A stretch of 64,000 nt of DNA from an uncultured Candidatus Saccharibacteria bacterium (GTDB lineage: Bacteria > Patescibacteriota > Saccharimonadia > Saccharimonadales > Saccharimonadaceae), in the NCBI GenBank assembly GCA_964600285.1, contig CAZRIZ010000001.1, forward strand, positions 188-64,187. The letters run 5' to 3'. A program made the position numbers and the translations under genes. The notes under the pieces are model-generated. The model made no database searches. It had not been told where the DNA came from and saw nothing but the letters and a program-made list of their open reading frames with translations. Position 1 is the stretch's first letter, and the number at the start of each line of letters is the position of its first letter. Shown piece after piece: positions 17,483-26,158 of this stretch.

Positions 17483-18613
17483 ATGATTTATTTAGACCAC
17501 GCCGCCGCCACTCCCATGAAAGACAAGGTTTGGCGAGCCATGAAGCCTTATTTTTCCGAGAAGTTCTTCAATCCATCAGCTCCTTATCTACCAGCGGTTG
17601 AGGTTAGGGCCGACTATCTGACGGCCAAATCGGTAATTGCAAAAAAAATAGGCGTCAAAGCTGACAGTCTAATTATGACAGCTGGAGCGACAGAGTCTAT
17701 TAACCTGGCGTTTAGTTCGGCAAATAACGTTTTAATTTCCGGCGTGGAGCATCCAGCGGTGCAAGCCGTGGCCCAGAGCAAATCTTCCATGCAGATAATT
17801 CCAGTTAACTCGGATGGCTTAGTGGACGTAAAAAAAATAGCCGAATTAATTACCGACGAAACCGATCTCATTAGTGTAAGTTTGGCCGGTAGCGATCTTG
17901 GCACAATTCAGCCAGTTGCTGAAATTGGGCGATTAGTTAAAGAAATTAATTTGAAAAGGCAATTGGCCGGTAACAAAACTCCACTTCTTTTTCACTCGGA
18001 TGCTTCACAAGCTCTAGGCTACTTAGAAGTTAACCCGGCTCGTCTGGGGTTGGATTTACTGACTATTTCGGCTACTAAGATTGGTGGCCCTAAACAAGTT
18101 GGCGCGCTTTGGGCACAGTCGGCGGTTAAGCTATCCCCAATTCTGATTGGTGGTGGCCAAGAGCTGGGGTTTAGAGGCGGCACTGAAAATGTAGCCGGTG
18201 TGATTGGTTTTGCTCAGGCGGTAAAATCTTTGAACTACGGAGAGTCCAGTAAGGTAGCAAAGCTACGCAATCAATTAGAGAGTAAGTTATTAGAACTGGA
18301 TGATATTAAGGTTTTGGGGCATCCGAAAAAGCGATTACCGAATTATTTGACAGTGACTTTTTCCAACATCGAAGCTGAGCGATTAATTTATCGCTTAGAA
18401 GATAAGGGTGTCTTAGTTTCAACTGGGGCGGCTTGTGCGGCCAATCGTGGCGCTGGCTCGCTGGCTCTAAAATCAATTGGGCTGACCGAGAAAGAACAAC
18501 TAGCTAGTTTGAGGCTAACTTTGGGCGAGATGACCTCTAAAGAAGAGGTGGCTCAAGCAGGACAAATCATTGTAAATGAGGTAAAATTAGAAAGAGAAAG
18601 GTTGGGCGTATGA
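17483..18613 (+). CDS. Cysteine desulfurase (class V aminotransferase, IscS/NifS-like)
   Basis: IYLDHAAATP..., a PLP-lysine context (SATKIGGPKQVGALW) and a C-terminal active-site Cys region (STGAACAA). It sits upstream of mnmA. Confidence 0.88.
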   Translation: MIYLDHAAATPMKDKVWRAMKPYFSEKFFNPSAPYLPAVEVRADYLTAKSVIAKKIGVKADSLIMTAGATESINLAFSSANNVLISGVEHPAVQAVAQSKSSMQIIPVNSDGLVDVKKIAELITDETDLISVSLAGSDLGTIQPVAEIGRLVKEINLKRQLAGNKTPLLFHSDASQALGYLEVNPARLGLDLLTISATKIGGPKQVGALWAQSAVKLSPILIGGGQELGFRGGTENVAGVIGFAQAVKSLNYGESSKVAKLRNQLESKLLELDDIKVLGHPKKRLPNYLTVTFSNIEAERLIYRLEDKGVLVSTGAACAANRGAGSLALKSIGLTEKEQLASLRLTLGEMTSKEEVAQAGQIIVNEVKLERERLGV

Positions 18614-19218
18614 TTAAATTAATTAGATCGATTGTGAGTTCAGTAGTCTTATTGGCGATCGCAGTAGGTTTATATAGCACGGTGATGGTGCCAAATGATT
18701 ACCGAGATTGTGGTTTAGACCTGAAAGGGTGCAAGAAGAGCGACGTTATCGTAGTGTTATCAGGTGGCGATACGCAAGCAAGGGCTAATTACGGCGTGAA
18801 TCTATACAGAATGGGTATAGCGCCTAAAATATTATTTGTCGGTGCTGCCGCTCAAGAGGGTGTTGATAGTAACGCCAAAACCATGGAAACTATAGCAACC
18901 AACTCTGGTGTTCCAGTGAACGATGTCATAATCGAAGAAAAATCACGTAATACCTGCGAAAATGCAAAACTTGCTAAAGACATAATTGAAGAGAGAGGTT
19001 TTAAGGAGATAACGTTAGTAACCTCGGCGTATCATCAGCATAGGGCGCTAGGTGAGTTTAAGAAAAACCTCGATATAGAAAAACACACGATTTACAATGC
19101 TCCTCTCGTGGAGGATAAAGATTGGTCATCGAGTTGGTACTTGACACCCAACAGTTGGTGGTTGGCAACAAAAGAATTTTTCGGATGGTTTAGACAATTA
19201 GCTGGATGGAGTTGCTAG
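18610..19218 (+). CDS. DUF218 (YdcF/ElyC-like) membrane-anchored protein
   Basis: N-terminal TM segment, plus VVLSGGD...SAYHQHRA, which is typical of DUF218. Confidence 0.75.
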   Translation: MIKLIRSIVSSVVLLAIAVGLYSTVMVPNDYRDCGLDLKGCKKSDVIVVLSGGDTQARANYGVNLYRMGIAPKILFVGAAAQEGVDSNAKTMETIATNSGVPVNDVIIEEKSRNTCENAKLAKDIIEERGFKEITLVTSAYHQHRALGEFKKNLDIEKHTIYNAPLVEDKDWSSSWYLTPNSWWLATKEFFGWFRQLAGWSC

Positions 19219-19225
19219 AGTTTTA

Positions 19226-20287
19226 ATGCCTAAAGTCTTTGTTGGTTTGAGCGGTGGGGTTGACTCAAGCGTCAGTGCCGCTCTCTTGATTGAGGCTGGT
19301 TATGATGTGATCGGAGTTTACATGAAAAACTGGTCGCGTGACTTGCCAGGGGCGCATTGTCCTTGGGCGGAAGACTTAGCCGATGCGAAACGAGTGGCCG
19401 TAAAACTGGGTATTGATCTAAAAGTTTATGACTTTGAGGACGAATACAAGTCCAAAGTTGTTGACTATATGATTCGTGAATACCAGGCTGGCCGAACTCC
19501 AAATCCTGATATTATGTGCAACCAAGAAATTAAATTTAAGATGTTCTTAGAAACAGCTCTGGCGGACGGAGCTGATATGATTGCGACGGGTCATTATGCT
19601 AGGATAATAAATCACAAATCGACTCCAGGTGTGTTTCAGTTAGGTCGATCTGTTGATGATAAAAAGGATCAGACTTATTTTCTTTATCGCGTGAGCGAGC
19701 GGGCCTTGGCGAAGACGCTTTTCCCAATTGGACATTTGTTAAAGTCTGATGTAAGGAAAATTGCCTCTGACCGGGGGCTGATTACAGCCAGAAAAAAAGA
19801 TTCAGTAGGAATTTGCTTCGTCGGACGGGCGGATTTGGAAGATTTTCTCGGACAGTATATAAGCTCAGAGCCGGGCGAGTTTATTGATGAAGATAGTGGT
19901 AAACGGCTTGGCTGGCACAAAGGCGCGCCTTTCTATACGCTCGGCCAAAGGCATGGGTTGAACTTAGGCGGTGGCCTGCCATATTATGTGGTTGGTAAAG
20001 ATGCAAAAAATAACATTGTTTTTGTGTCTAGGCGACTTAATCAGGACAACTTATGGACAAGACAGATTAAAATTAGCGACTTACACTGGATTAACCAAGC
20101 TCCAGTTGTGGGTCAAACATACCTGATACGTATGCGCCATCAAGCACCTCTAGTTAATGCTAAGTTGGTAGAGTTGGGCAATAGGGCTGTTCTAGAAGTA
20201 GACTCTGAGTTGCGGGCAGTCACGCCGGGACAGTCAGTGGTGGTTTATGACGGTGAAGTTTGCTTAGGTGGTGGCATTGTTGTTTGA
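19226..20287 (+). CDS. mnmA: tRNA-specific 2-thiouridylase MnmA
   Basis: PP-loop GLSGGVDSSV...NPDIMCN...GICF. Confidence 0.93.
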   Translation: MPKVFVGLSGGVDSSVSAALLIEAGYDVIGVYMKNWSRDLPGAHCPWAEDLADAKRVAVKLGIDLKVYDFEDEYKSKVVDYMIREYQAGRTPNPDIMCNQEIKFKMFLETALADGADMIATGHYARIINHKSTPGVFQLGRSVDDKKDQTYFLYRVSERALAKTLFPIGHLLKSDVRKIASDRGLITARKKDSVGICFVGRADLEDFLGQYISSEPGEFIDEDSGKRLGWHKGAPFYTLGQRHGLNLGGGLPYYVVGKDAKNNIVFVSRRLNQDNLWTRQIKISDLHWINQAPVVGQTYLIRMRHQAPLVNAKLVELGNRAVLEVDSELRAVTPGQSVVVYDGEVCLGGGIVV

Positions 20288-20428
20288 TGGCTAGCAGTAG
20301 TCAAGCTAAAAATTGACAAACAAAATTTCCTAAGTCCAGGCCTAACGCAGGGTTATTAAAACTGATTGCGATTGCTGTCGATTGGTTTTATACTAATATC
20401 AAAGATAGCTAACTTGGTTGGGGATAAA

Positions 20429-22186
20429 ATGAATCCAGATATGAATAATAACATTAACGAACATGGTGACTTGAATGCTTCACCTCCGGTCAACGAAGCG
20501 CCAGTAAAGCGTAGTGGCCGTAAGACTGCTGTTATTATTGGGGCAGTAGTTATTGTAGCGCTACTAATTGTCGGATTCGTATTTAAGGATAAGATCATCA
20601 GCCAACCGTCCCGGTCAGACAACACTACGGATAGTGTGCCAACTGATCCAGAACTGGCTAAGTTTATCGAACCAACTACGGGTGAAAAATGGCTAGATGA
20701 GCCAAAAACGATTTCCGCCCAAGGCTGGCTGAGAGTTGAGGAGTCGTCGTATTATCGGGCTTTTGAAGGGTATACTATTGAGCAACAGTTGGAAGATAAC
20801 CGACCGATCTACCAAGAAGTCGGGACACGAGGCGATAAGACTATTATTCTAGCGTCTTACTTGGGCGACAGCTTGTCGGGCTCTAAGTATTTATTTGAGA
20901 AGCATAATGACGGCAAGGTTCATATCATTATCCAGCCACAGGGACCAAGTGACTCTCCTGCAGACTGGCTCACTGAGGCAATTAGCGCAAAAGTAGACGG
21001 AATCGATCGCGAAACGTATTATGATTCGCTAAATATTCCGCAGAAGATAGCGATTGACGGCGGTGAATATATCAAGCGACCGGGCAGTCTGTTTTTAGGG
21101 GTTGGAAGCGACTACGTTATGTTTGAAGGCGCTAGCAAGAAATTGGTGACTAAGCTAGGCGCTAGCACAGTTTATTTAATAGAGGCGCCAAATGTCGATA
21201 CGGGACTGACCAACGTGGCTTACTATCTAGAGACGCCACTGCGCACAATGATTGAGATGCCTTATGAGCCAAATCAGCTATTGCTAGAGGGGTATTATTT
21301 CGATAATGGCACGGATGTTTCAAAAGATTCGCTTGTGCCAATCGCTAGTGGTTGTGGCTCAATCACCCCTTCGGTGACTCGGGCGGATAAATTAACAGAG
21401 TCCGACCTAACGATAATAGGCAAAACTAGCGGTGACCGAGCTGTTTACCGGCCGACAGATCTAAACAGCGATCTTTATCGCAAGGCTTACGAAGAATATT
21501 CGATAGGTAGAGTTGATGGCGTTGTTACGTTTGATGGTTATGTGGCAAATCATGGCTTGGTAATTATAAAGAATGCTAAGGGAGAGCTATTGGTTTATAT
21601 CAGGCAAAGCTACGCACCAGAAATGGGTTGCGCTAAGCCCGTGATTTATTTGTATCCGACAAGTAAGACTAAGGTTGATGTTAAGGTTGGCGCAAACGTG
21701 ACGATTTCTGAGCCGACTTACCCAGCCTCGAGCGGCTGGCAAGATGTTTGGGCTGAACCAAGCGGTAAGTTGACTTATCGCGGTCAAGTTTATGATTCTT
21801 TGTTCTGGGAAGGAACTGGGTTTGGAAGATATCCTAATATTACCTCTGGGACAGTGGTTAAACGAGCTGATGCTCCTGCGACCATTAGGCGTCAACTTGC
21901 CGATTTGGGCTTAAACCAAAAGGAGGCGGCCGACTTCATGAGTTATTGGGAGACAAAAATACCCGATGCGCCGTATGTTAGGTTGACATGGTTTAACACC
22001 GAACAATTAAACAACCTAGCGCCACTAAAGATTGTGCCACAACCAGATACGCTAATTCGTGTATTTCTAGATATGGCTGGATTTCAAGCTAAAATTGATA
22101 TTCCAGAACAAAAACTGAGTAAGACATCTCGTCAAGGTTTTACAGTAGTAGAGTGGGGTGGTTTGACCAATAATCTTGGTAACTGA
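20429..22186 (+). CDS. Hypothetical N-terminally anchored extracytoplasmic protein (585 aa)
   Basis: I prefer the ATG at 20429 (MNPDMNNN...). There is a TM segment (AVIIGAVVIVALLIVGFVF) and a large domain I do not recognise. The track start at 20366 adds an implausible extension. Confidence 0.7.
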   Translation: MNPDMNNNINEHGDLNASPPVNEAPVKRSGRKTAVIIGAVVIVALLIVGFVFKDKIISQPSRSDNTTDSVPTDPELAKFIEPTTGEKWLDEPKTISAQGWLRVEESSYYRAFEGYTIEQQLEDNRPIYQEVGTRGDKTIILASYLGDSLSGSKYLFEKHNDGKVHIIIQPQGPSDSPADWLTEAISAKVDGIDRETYYDSLNIPQKIAIDGGEYIKRPGSLFLGVGSDYVMFEGASKKLVTKLGASTVYLIEAPNVDTGLTNVAYYLETPLRTMIEMPYEPNQLLLEGYYFDNGTDVSKDSLVPIASGCGSITPSVTRADKLTESDLTIIGKTSGDRAVYRPTDLNSDLYRKAYEEYSIGRVDGVVTFDGYVANHGLVIIKNAKGELLVYIRQSYAPEMGCAKPVIYLYPTSKTKVDVKVGANVTISEPTYPASSGWQDVWAEPSGKLTYRGQVYDSLFWEGTGFGRYPNITSGTVVKRADAPATIRRQLADLGLNQKEAADFMSYWETKIPDAPYVRLTWFNTEQLNNLAPLKIVPQPDTLIRVFLDMAGFQAKIDIPEQKLSKTSRQGFTVVEWGGLTNNLGN

Positions 22187-22257
22187 TTTTGGCTAGATAA
22201 ACTACTTATGGTAATATAAAAGCAATTAGAAAAATGATTTTAGTAGAAGGGGAAGAT

Positions 22258-22863
22258 ATGAATCCAGATTACCAAACAGATGATAACTCAGGTCAAGTTA
22301 ACGATACGCCTACACCAATGGTCGATCCGCTCCCACAGCCTATAGCTGCCGATCCCATCACGAACGCTGACCCAGTTATAAGTGCCGATCCAGTCGTGAG
22401 TCCTGACCCGGCCATGGGTACCGACCCAGTTGCACCAGTTTTTTCGAGCCAAGATTACGGTCAGACGCCAGTAGAAGAAAGTCCTACTTTTGAGGCAGAA
22501 ACTATTACTCCTGAACCAGTCGCTGAGCCATCACTAGCTCCTTTGCAGGATATTGAAGCTCCATCTCAAGCCTTTACCGGTGAACCGAGCGTAGAAGCAT
22601 CGTTTAGCCCAGTCGTAGAATCGCCTGACCCAGTTGTGGCAGAGACAACTCCACCGGTGGATTTATCGGCTGAGTCGCCTGTGCTAACCGCTAATCCTGT
22701 TCCACAACCAGATCTAGTACAGCCAGTTGCTCCAGTAGATCCAGTGCCTCCAGTAGTTCCTGCCCCTGTCGCCCCAAAGAGCAAGACAAAAATATTTATT
22801 TGGGTCGGTGTTGGTATACTTGTGGTGGTTGCTGGTGTGATTGCCTATCTATTTCTAAAGTAA
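22258..22863 (+). CDS. Hypothetical Pro/Asp/Val-rich protein with a C-terminal TM segment
   Basis: ATG at 22258 with an AGGGGAAG RBS. The product is low-complexity (DPV/PVxP repeats) and ends in IFIWVGVGILVVVAGVIAYLFLK. Confidence 0.6.
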   Translation: MNPDYQTDDNSGQVNDTPTPMVDPLPQPIAADPITNADPVISADPVVSPDPAMGTDPVAPVFSSQDYGQTPVEESPTFEAETITPEPVAEPSLAPLQDIEAPSQAFTGEPSVEASFSPVVESPDPVVAETTPPVDLSAESPVLTANPVPQPDLVQPVAPVDPVPPVVPAPVAPKSKTKIFIWVGVGILVVVAGVIAYLFLK

Positions 22864-22924
22864 CAAGATCTCTCGTCTCTAGAGTCATGCTAATCTTTTT
22901 AAGGTGTGGTAAAATAGTTCCAAT

Positions 22925-24808
22925 ATGGACACTAGAGAAATTAGAAAAGCCTATTTAGATTTTTTTGTTGAACGGGGTCATAAACTAATACCCAGGGCGC
23001 CTTTAGTTTTGAAAGACGATCCGACGACACTGTTTACTAGCTCTGGTATGCAGCCATTGTTGCCGTTTTTGTTAGGTAAAGAGCATCCGTCGGGCAAGCG
23101 TTTGACTGACAGCCAAACTTGTCTGCGTACGCAAGATATTGATGATGTCGGCGACAATCGTCACACGACATTCTTTGAGATGCTGGGCAATTGGAGCTTG
23201 GGTGATTATTTCAAAAAACAACAAATCGAGTGGTTTTTTGAGTTCTTGACTAAGATTGTCGGCCTGGACCCTAAAAAGATTTACGTGTCTTGTTTCGCCG
23301 GTAATGAAGAGTATGGCATTCCTCGCGATGACGAATCGGCCGAGATTTGGCAAAATGTGTTCAAGAAGGCTGGTATTGAAGCCAAGGTAGTTGAGCTAGG
23401 TTCAGCTAAGGTTGGTGATAAGTTGGGTATGCAGGGCGGACAAATATTTTTCTACGACGATAACGAAAACTGGTGGAGTCGTGGTGGTAACATTAACAGT
23501 ACGCCAATTGGCGATCCGTGCGGACCAGATAGCGAGGTTTTTTATGATTTTGGAGAGGAGTATCACGACCCTAGCTATGGGCAAGCTCACCCAGCTAGTG
23601 ACAGCGGTCGCTTTATCGAAATCGGCAACCAAGTTTTTATGCAATACCATCGACTTGACGATGGAAGCTTTGAACCACTCAAGCACAAGAACGTTGATTT
23701 TGGCGGTGGCTTAGAGCGGATCTCAGCTGCTAGTCTAAATAGCCCTGATGTCTTTAGAGGAAGCCTACTGTGGCCAATTATCGAGCAATTAGAGAAAATC
23801 AGTGGATTAAAATACGCTGATAATGTCTTAGCTATGCGTGTGATTGCTGACCACTTGCGTAGCGCGGTGTTTTTGGCGGTTGATGGTTGCTTGCCGAGCA
23901 ATAAAGAGCATGGCTATGTTATGCGTCGATTTATTCGACGAGCGATGGTAAAATCGTTCGCTTTAGGTATTGAGCACGACTTTTTTGATCGTCTCGTGCC
24001 GGTAATTATTGAGCTTTACGAGTCTGACTACCCAGAATTCGGTAGCCAAAAGGCTAATATCTTACAAATTATGACCAAGGAAGAAAAGTCTTTTCGCCAG
24101 ACATTGCGTCGTGGCATAAAGGAACTTGACCGACTAAATGGCAAATTCTCTGGCTCAATTGGTGAATTATTATTCAAGCTTTACGATACTTATGGATTTC
24201 CAATTGAATTGTCGGTTGAGGAATTGACCAAGCGTGGTGTAGCTCTAGGCCAAGATTGGCGAGGTGATTGCGATAGGTGCTTAGAAGAACAACGTCGTCG
24301 CTCTCAAACTGCATCGAAAGGCATGTTCAAAGGCGGACTAGAGGGCGAAACAGACAAACAATTACGACTTCATAGTTCGGCGCACTTGATGCTAGCTGCG
24401 ATGAAAAAGGTCTTGGGTGAAGAGGTCAACCAAAAAGGCTCGAACATAAACGACGAGCGCTTACGATTTGATTTTAACTACCCTGAAAAGGTTGATCGAG
24501 GTAAGTTAGATGAAATTGAAAAACTAGTGAACAAGGCTATTGCTGATAAATTACCAATTAGTTTTGAAGAGATGTCTCTAACCGAAGCCAGCCAAAAAGG
24601 TGCTCACGGTGATTTTATGGATCGCTATGGCGAAAAAGTCAAAGTCTATTCGGTCGGCACCGGTGAAAAGAGGTTTAGCTACGAGATTTGTGGCGGACCA
24701 CACGTTAAGAATACGGGAGATATTGCGCCTAATGGCGAGAAATTCAAAATTATTAAAGAAGAATCTTCCAGTGCGGGCGTACGTCGCGTTAAGGCAATTC
24801 TAAGTTAG
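22925..24808 (+). CDS. alaS: Alanyl-tRNA synthetase, short form (627 aa) without a C-Ala domain
   Basis: The N-terminus has the class II AlaRS signature (REIRKAYLDFFVERGHKLIP...LFTSSGMQP). The editing-domain HxxxH (HSSAH) and CxxxH (CGGPH) motifs are present. The protein ends about 45 aa after the latter. Confidence 0.93.
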   Translation: MDTREIRKAYLDFFVERGHKLIPRAPLVLKDDPTTLFTSSGMQPLLPFLLGKEHPSGKRLTDSQTCLRTQDIDDVGDNRHTTFFEMLGNWSLGDYFKKQQIEWFFEFLTKIVGLDPKKIYVSCFAGNEEYGIPRDDESAEIWQNVFKKAGIEAKVVELGSAKVGDKLGMQGGQIFFYDDNENWWSRGGNINSTPIGDPCGPDSEVFYDFGEEYHDPSYGQAHPASDSGRFIEIGNQVFMQYHRLDDGSFEPLKHKNVDFGGGLERISAASLNSPDVFRGSLLWPIIEQLEKISGLKYADNVLAMRVIADHLRSAVFLAVDGCLPSNKEHGYVMRRFIRRAMVKSFALGIEHDFFDRLVPVIIELYESDYPEFGSQKANILQIMTKEEKSFRQTLRRGIKELDRLNGKFSGSIGELLFKLYDTYGFPIELSVEELTKRGVALGQDWRGDCDRCLEEQRRRSQTASKGMFKGGLEGETDKQLRLHSSAHLMLAAMKKVLGEEVNQKGSNINDERLRFDFNYPEKVDRGKLDEIEKLVNKAIADKLPISFEEMSLTEASQKGAHGDFMDRYGEKVKVYSVGTGEKRFSYEICGGPHVKNTGDIAPNGEKFKIIKEESSSAGVRRVKAILS

Positions 24809-24886
24809 TTAATTTTTATAAAAAAGGATTTAATGAAAGCTCGGAGCATTTTTCTAAAGTGCTTAAGTAGTATATAATAACCACAT

Positions 24887-26158
24887 ATGCTTTTTGAAAA
24901 ACTAAATGCTAGGAAAAAAGGGGACAAAGCCGGCAATAACTCTATTGTTGGTCTTGACATTGGAACTGAATATGTCAAAGCTTTGATTGCTCAGGTTGAC
25001 GGTGACACTTTGCGCATTGTTGGTGTCGGACGAGTTAAACAAAAACAAAGCGATATGCACGCAGGCGCTATTGCCGATATTTCTGGCGTAGTGCAAAATT
25101 GTGAGCAAGCCTTGCATCAGGCTGAACAGCAGGCTGGGTTCCAAGCCAAGAGAGTTGTTATCGGTATTTCTGGTGAGCTGGTTAAGGGTGTAACTCATAC
25201 GATTCGGTATCGTCGGCCTCAACCAGACAAAGAGCTAGATGAGCCAGAGATGAACTACATTATTGATAAAGTTCAAGAGCGAGCCTTGGTTAAAGCGCAA
25301 CGCCAAATTGGTTTAGAAACTGGTAATGAAAACGTAGAAGTTAAATTAGTTAATTCAGCTTTAGTAAGCTTACATATTGACGGCTACAAGGTATCAAATC
25401 CGATTGGTTTTCAAGGAAAAGACGTGGCAGTGCAAATTTATACGGCATTTGCCCCAATGGTGCATATTGGCGCTTTAGAACGAGTGGCCGATGAACTGGC
25501 TCTTGACTTGATTGCGGTGGCGGCAGAGCCTTTTGCGGTATCACGTGCTGTAATCGGCACTGATGCCAGTAGCAGTTTCACGGCGATACTGCTCGACATA
25601 GGTGGCGGCACCACGGATATCGCTGTGGTTAATGACGGTGGAGTTGAAGGCACAAAAATGTTTAGTATCGGTGGACGAAGTTTCACCAGAACGATATCAA
25701 GAGAACTTAATGTGTCTATTGAAAAAGCAGAAGAGATTAAGTTATCTCTAGATAGCGCCGAGCTTGATGACAAGGTTCGTCTTAGCGCCATCAGAGCCGT
25801 GAAGAAAACTCTTAGCGTTTGGCTAGCAGGGATTGAACTAGGGCTCGACGAATTTAACGACATAGACCAGATGCCTAACCAGATTTGGCTGTGTGGTGGT
25901 GGTGCTAGTCTGGAAATGCTATTTAACACGATAGCCGATCATAAATGGCCAGAAAGTTTACCGTTTAGTAAGCAACCAGTGGTTAAGCGGGTTTTACCTA
26001 GTGACGTAATTGATATTAAAGACACAACCGATATGATTAATGATCATACCTTTACCACAGCTATGGGGCTATTGAGGGTTGGCCAGGACACTATGCAGAT
26101 TGATAATTCAGACGATTTGAATTTTAAAGAAAAATTAAATAAAATATTGAGAATCTGA
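24887..26158 (+). CDS. ftsA: Cell division protein FtsA (actin-like ATPase)
   Basis: It has GLDIGTEYVKA (phosphate 1) and DIGGGTTDIAV (phosphate 2), an SHS2-like insert, and a C-terminal amphipathic tail (LNFKEKLNKILRI). Confidence 0.85.
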   Translation: MLFEKLNARKKGDKAGNNSIVGLDIGTEYVKALIAQVDGDTLRIVGVGRVKQKQSDMHAGAIADISGVVQNCEQALHQAEQQAGFQAKRVVIGISGELVKGVTHTIRYRRPQPDKELDEPEMNYIIDKVQERALVKAQRQIGLETGNENVEVKLVNSALVSLHIDGYKVSNPIGFQGKDVAVQIYTAFAPMVHIGALERVADELALDLIAVAAEPFAVSRAVIGTDASSSFTAILLDIGGGTTDIAVVNDGGVEGTKMFSIGGRSFTRTISRELNVSIEKAEEIKLSLDSAELDDKVRLSAIRAVKKTLSVWLAGIELGLDEFNDIDQMPNQIWLCGGGASLEMLFNTIADHKWPESLPFSKQPVVKRVLPSDVIDIKDTTDMINDHTFTTAMGLLRVGQDTMQIDNSDDLNFKEKLNKILRI

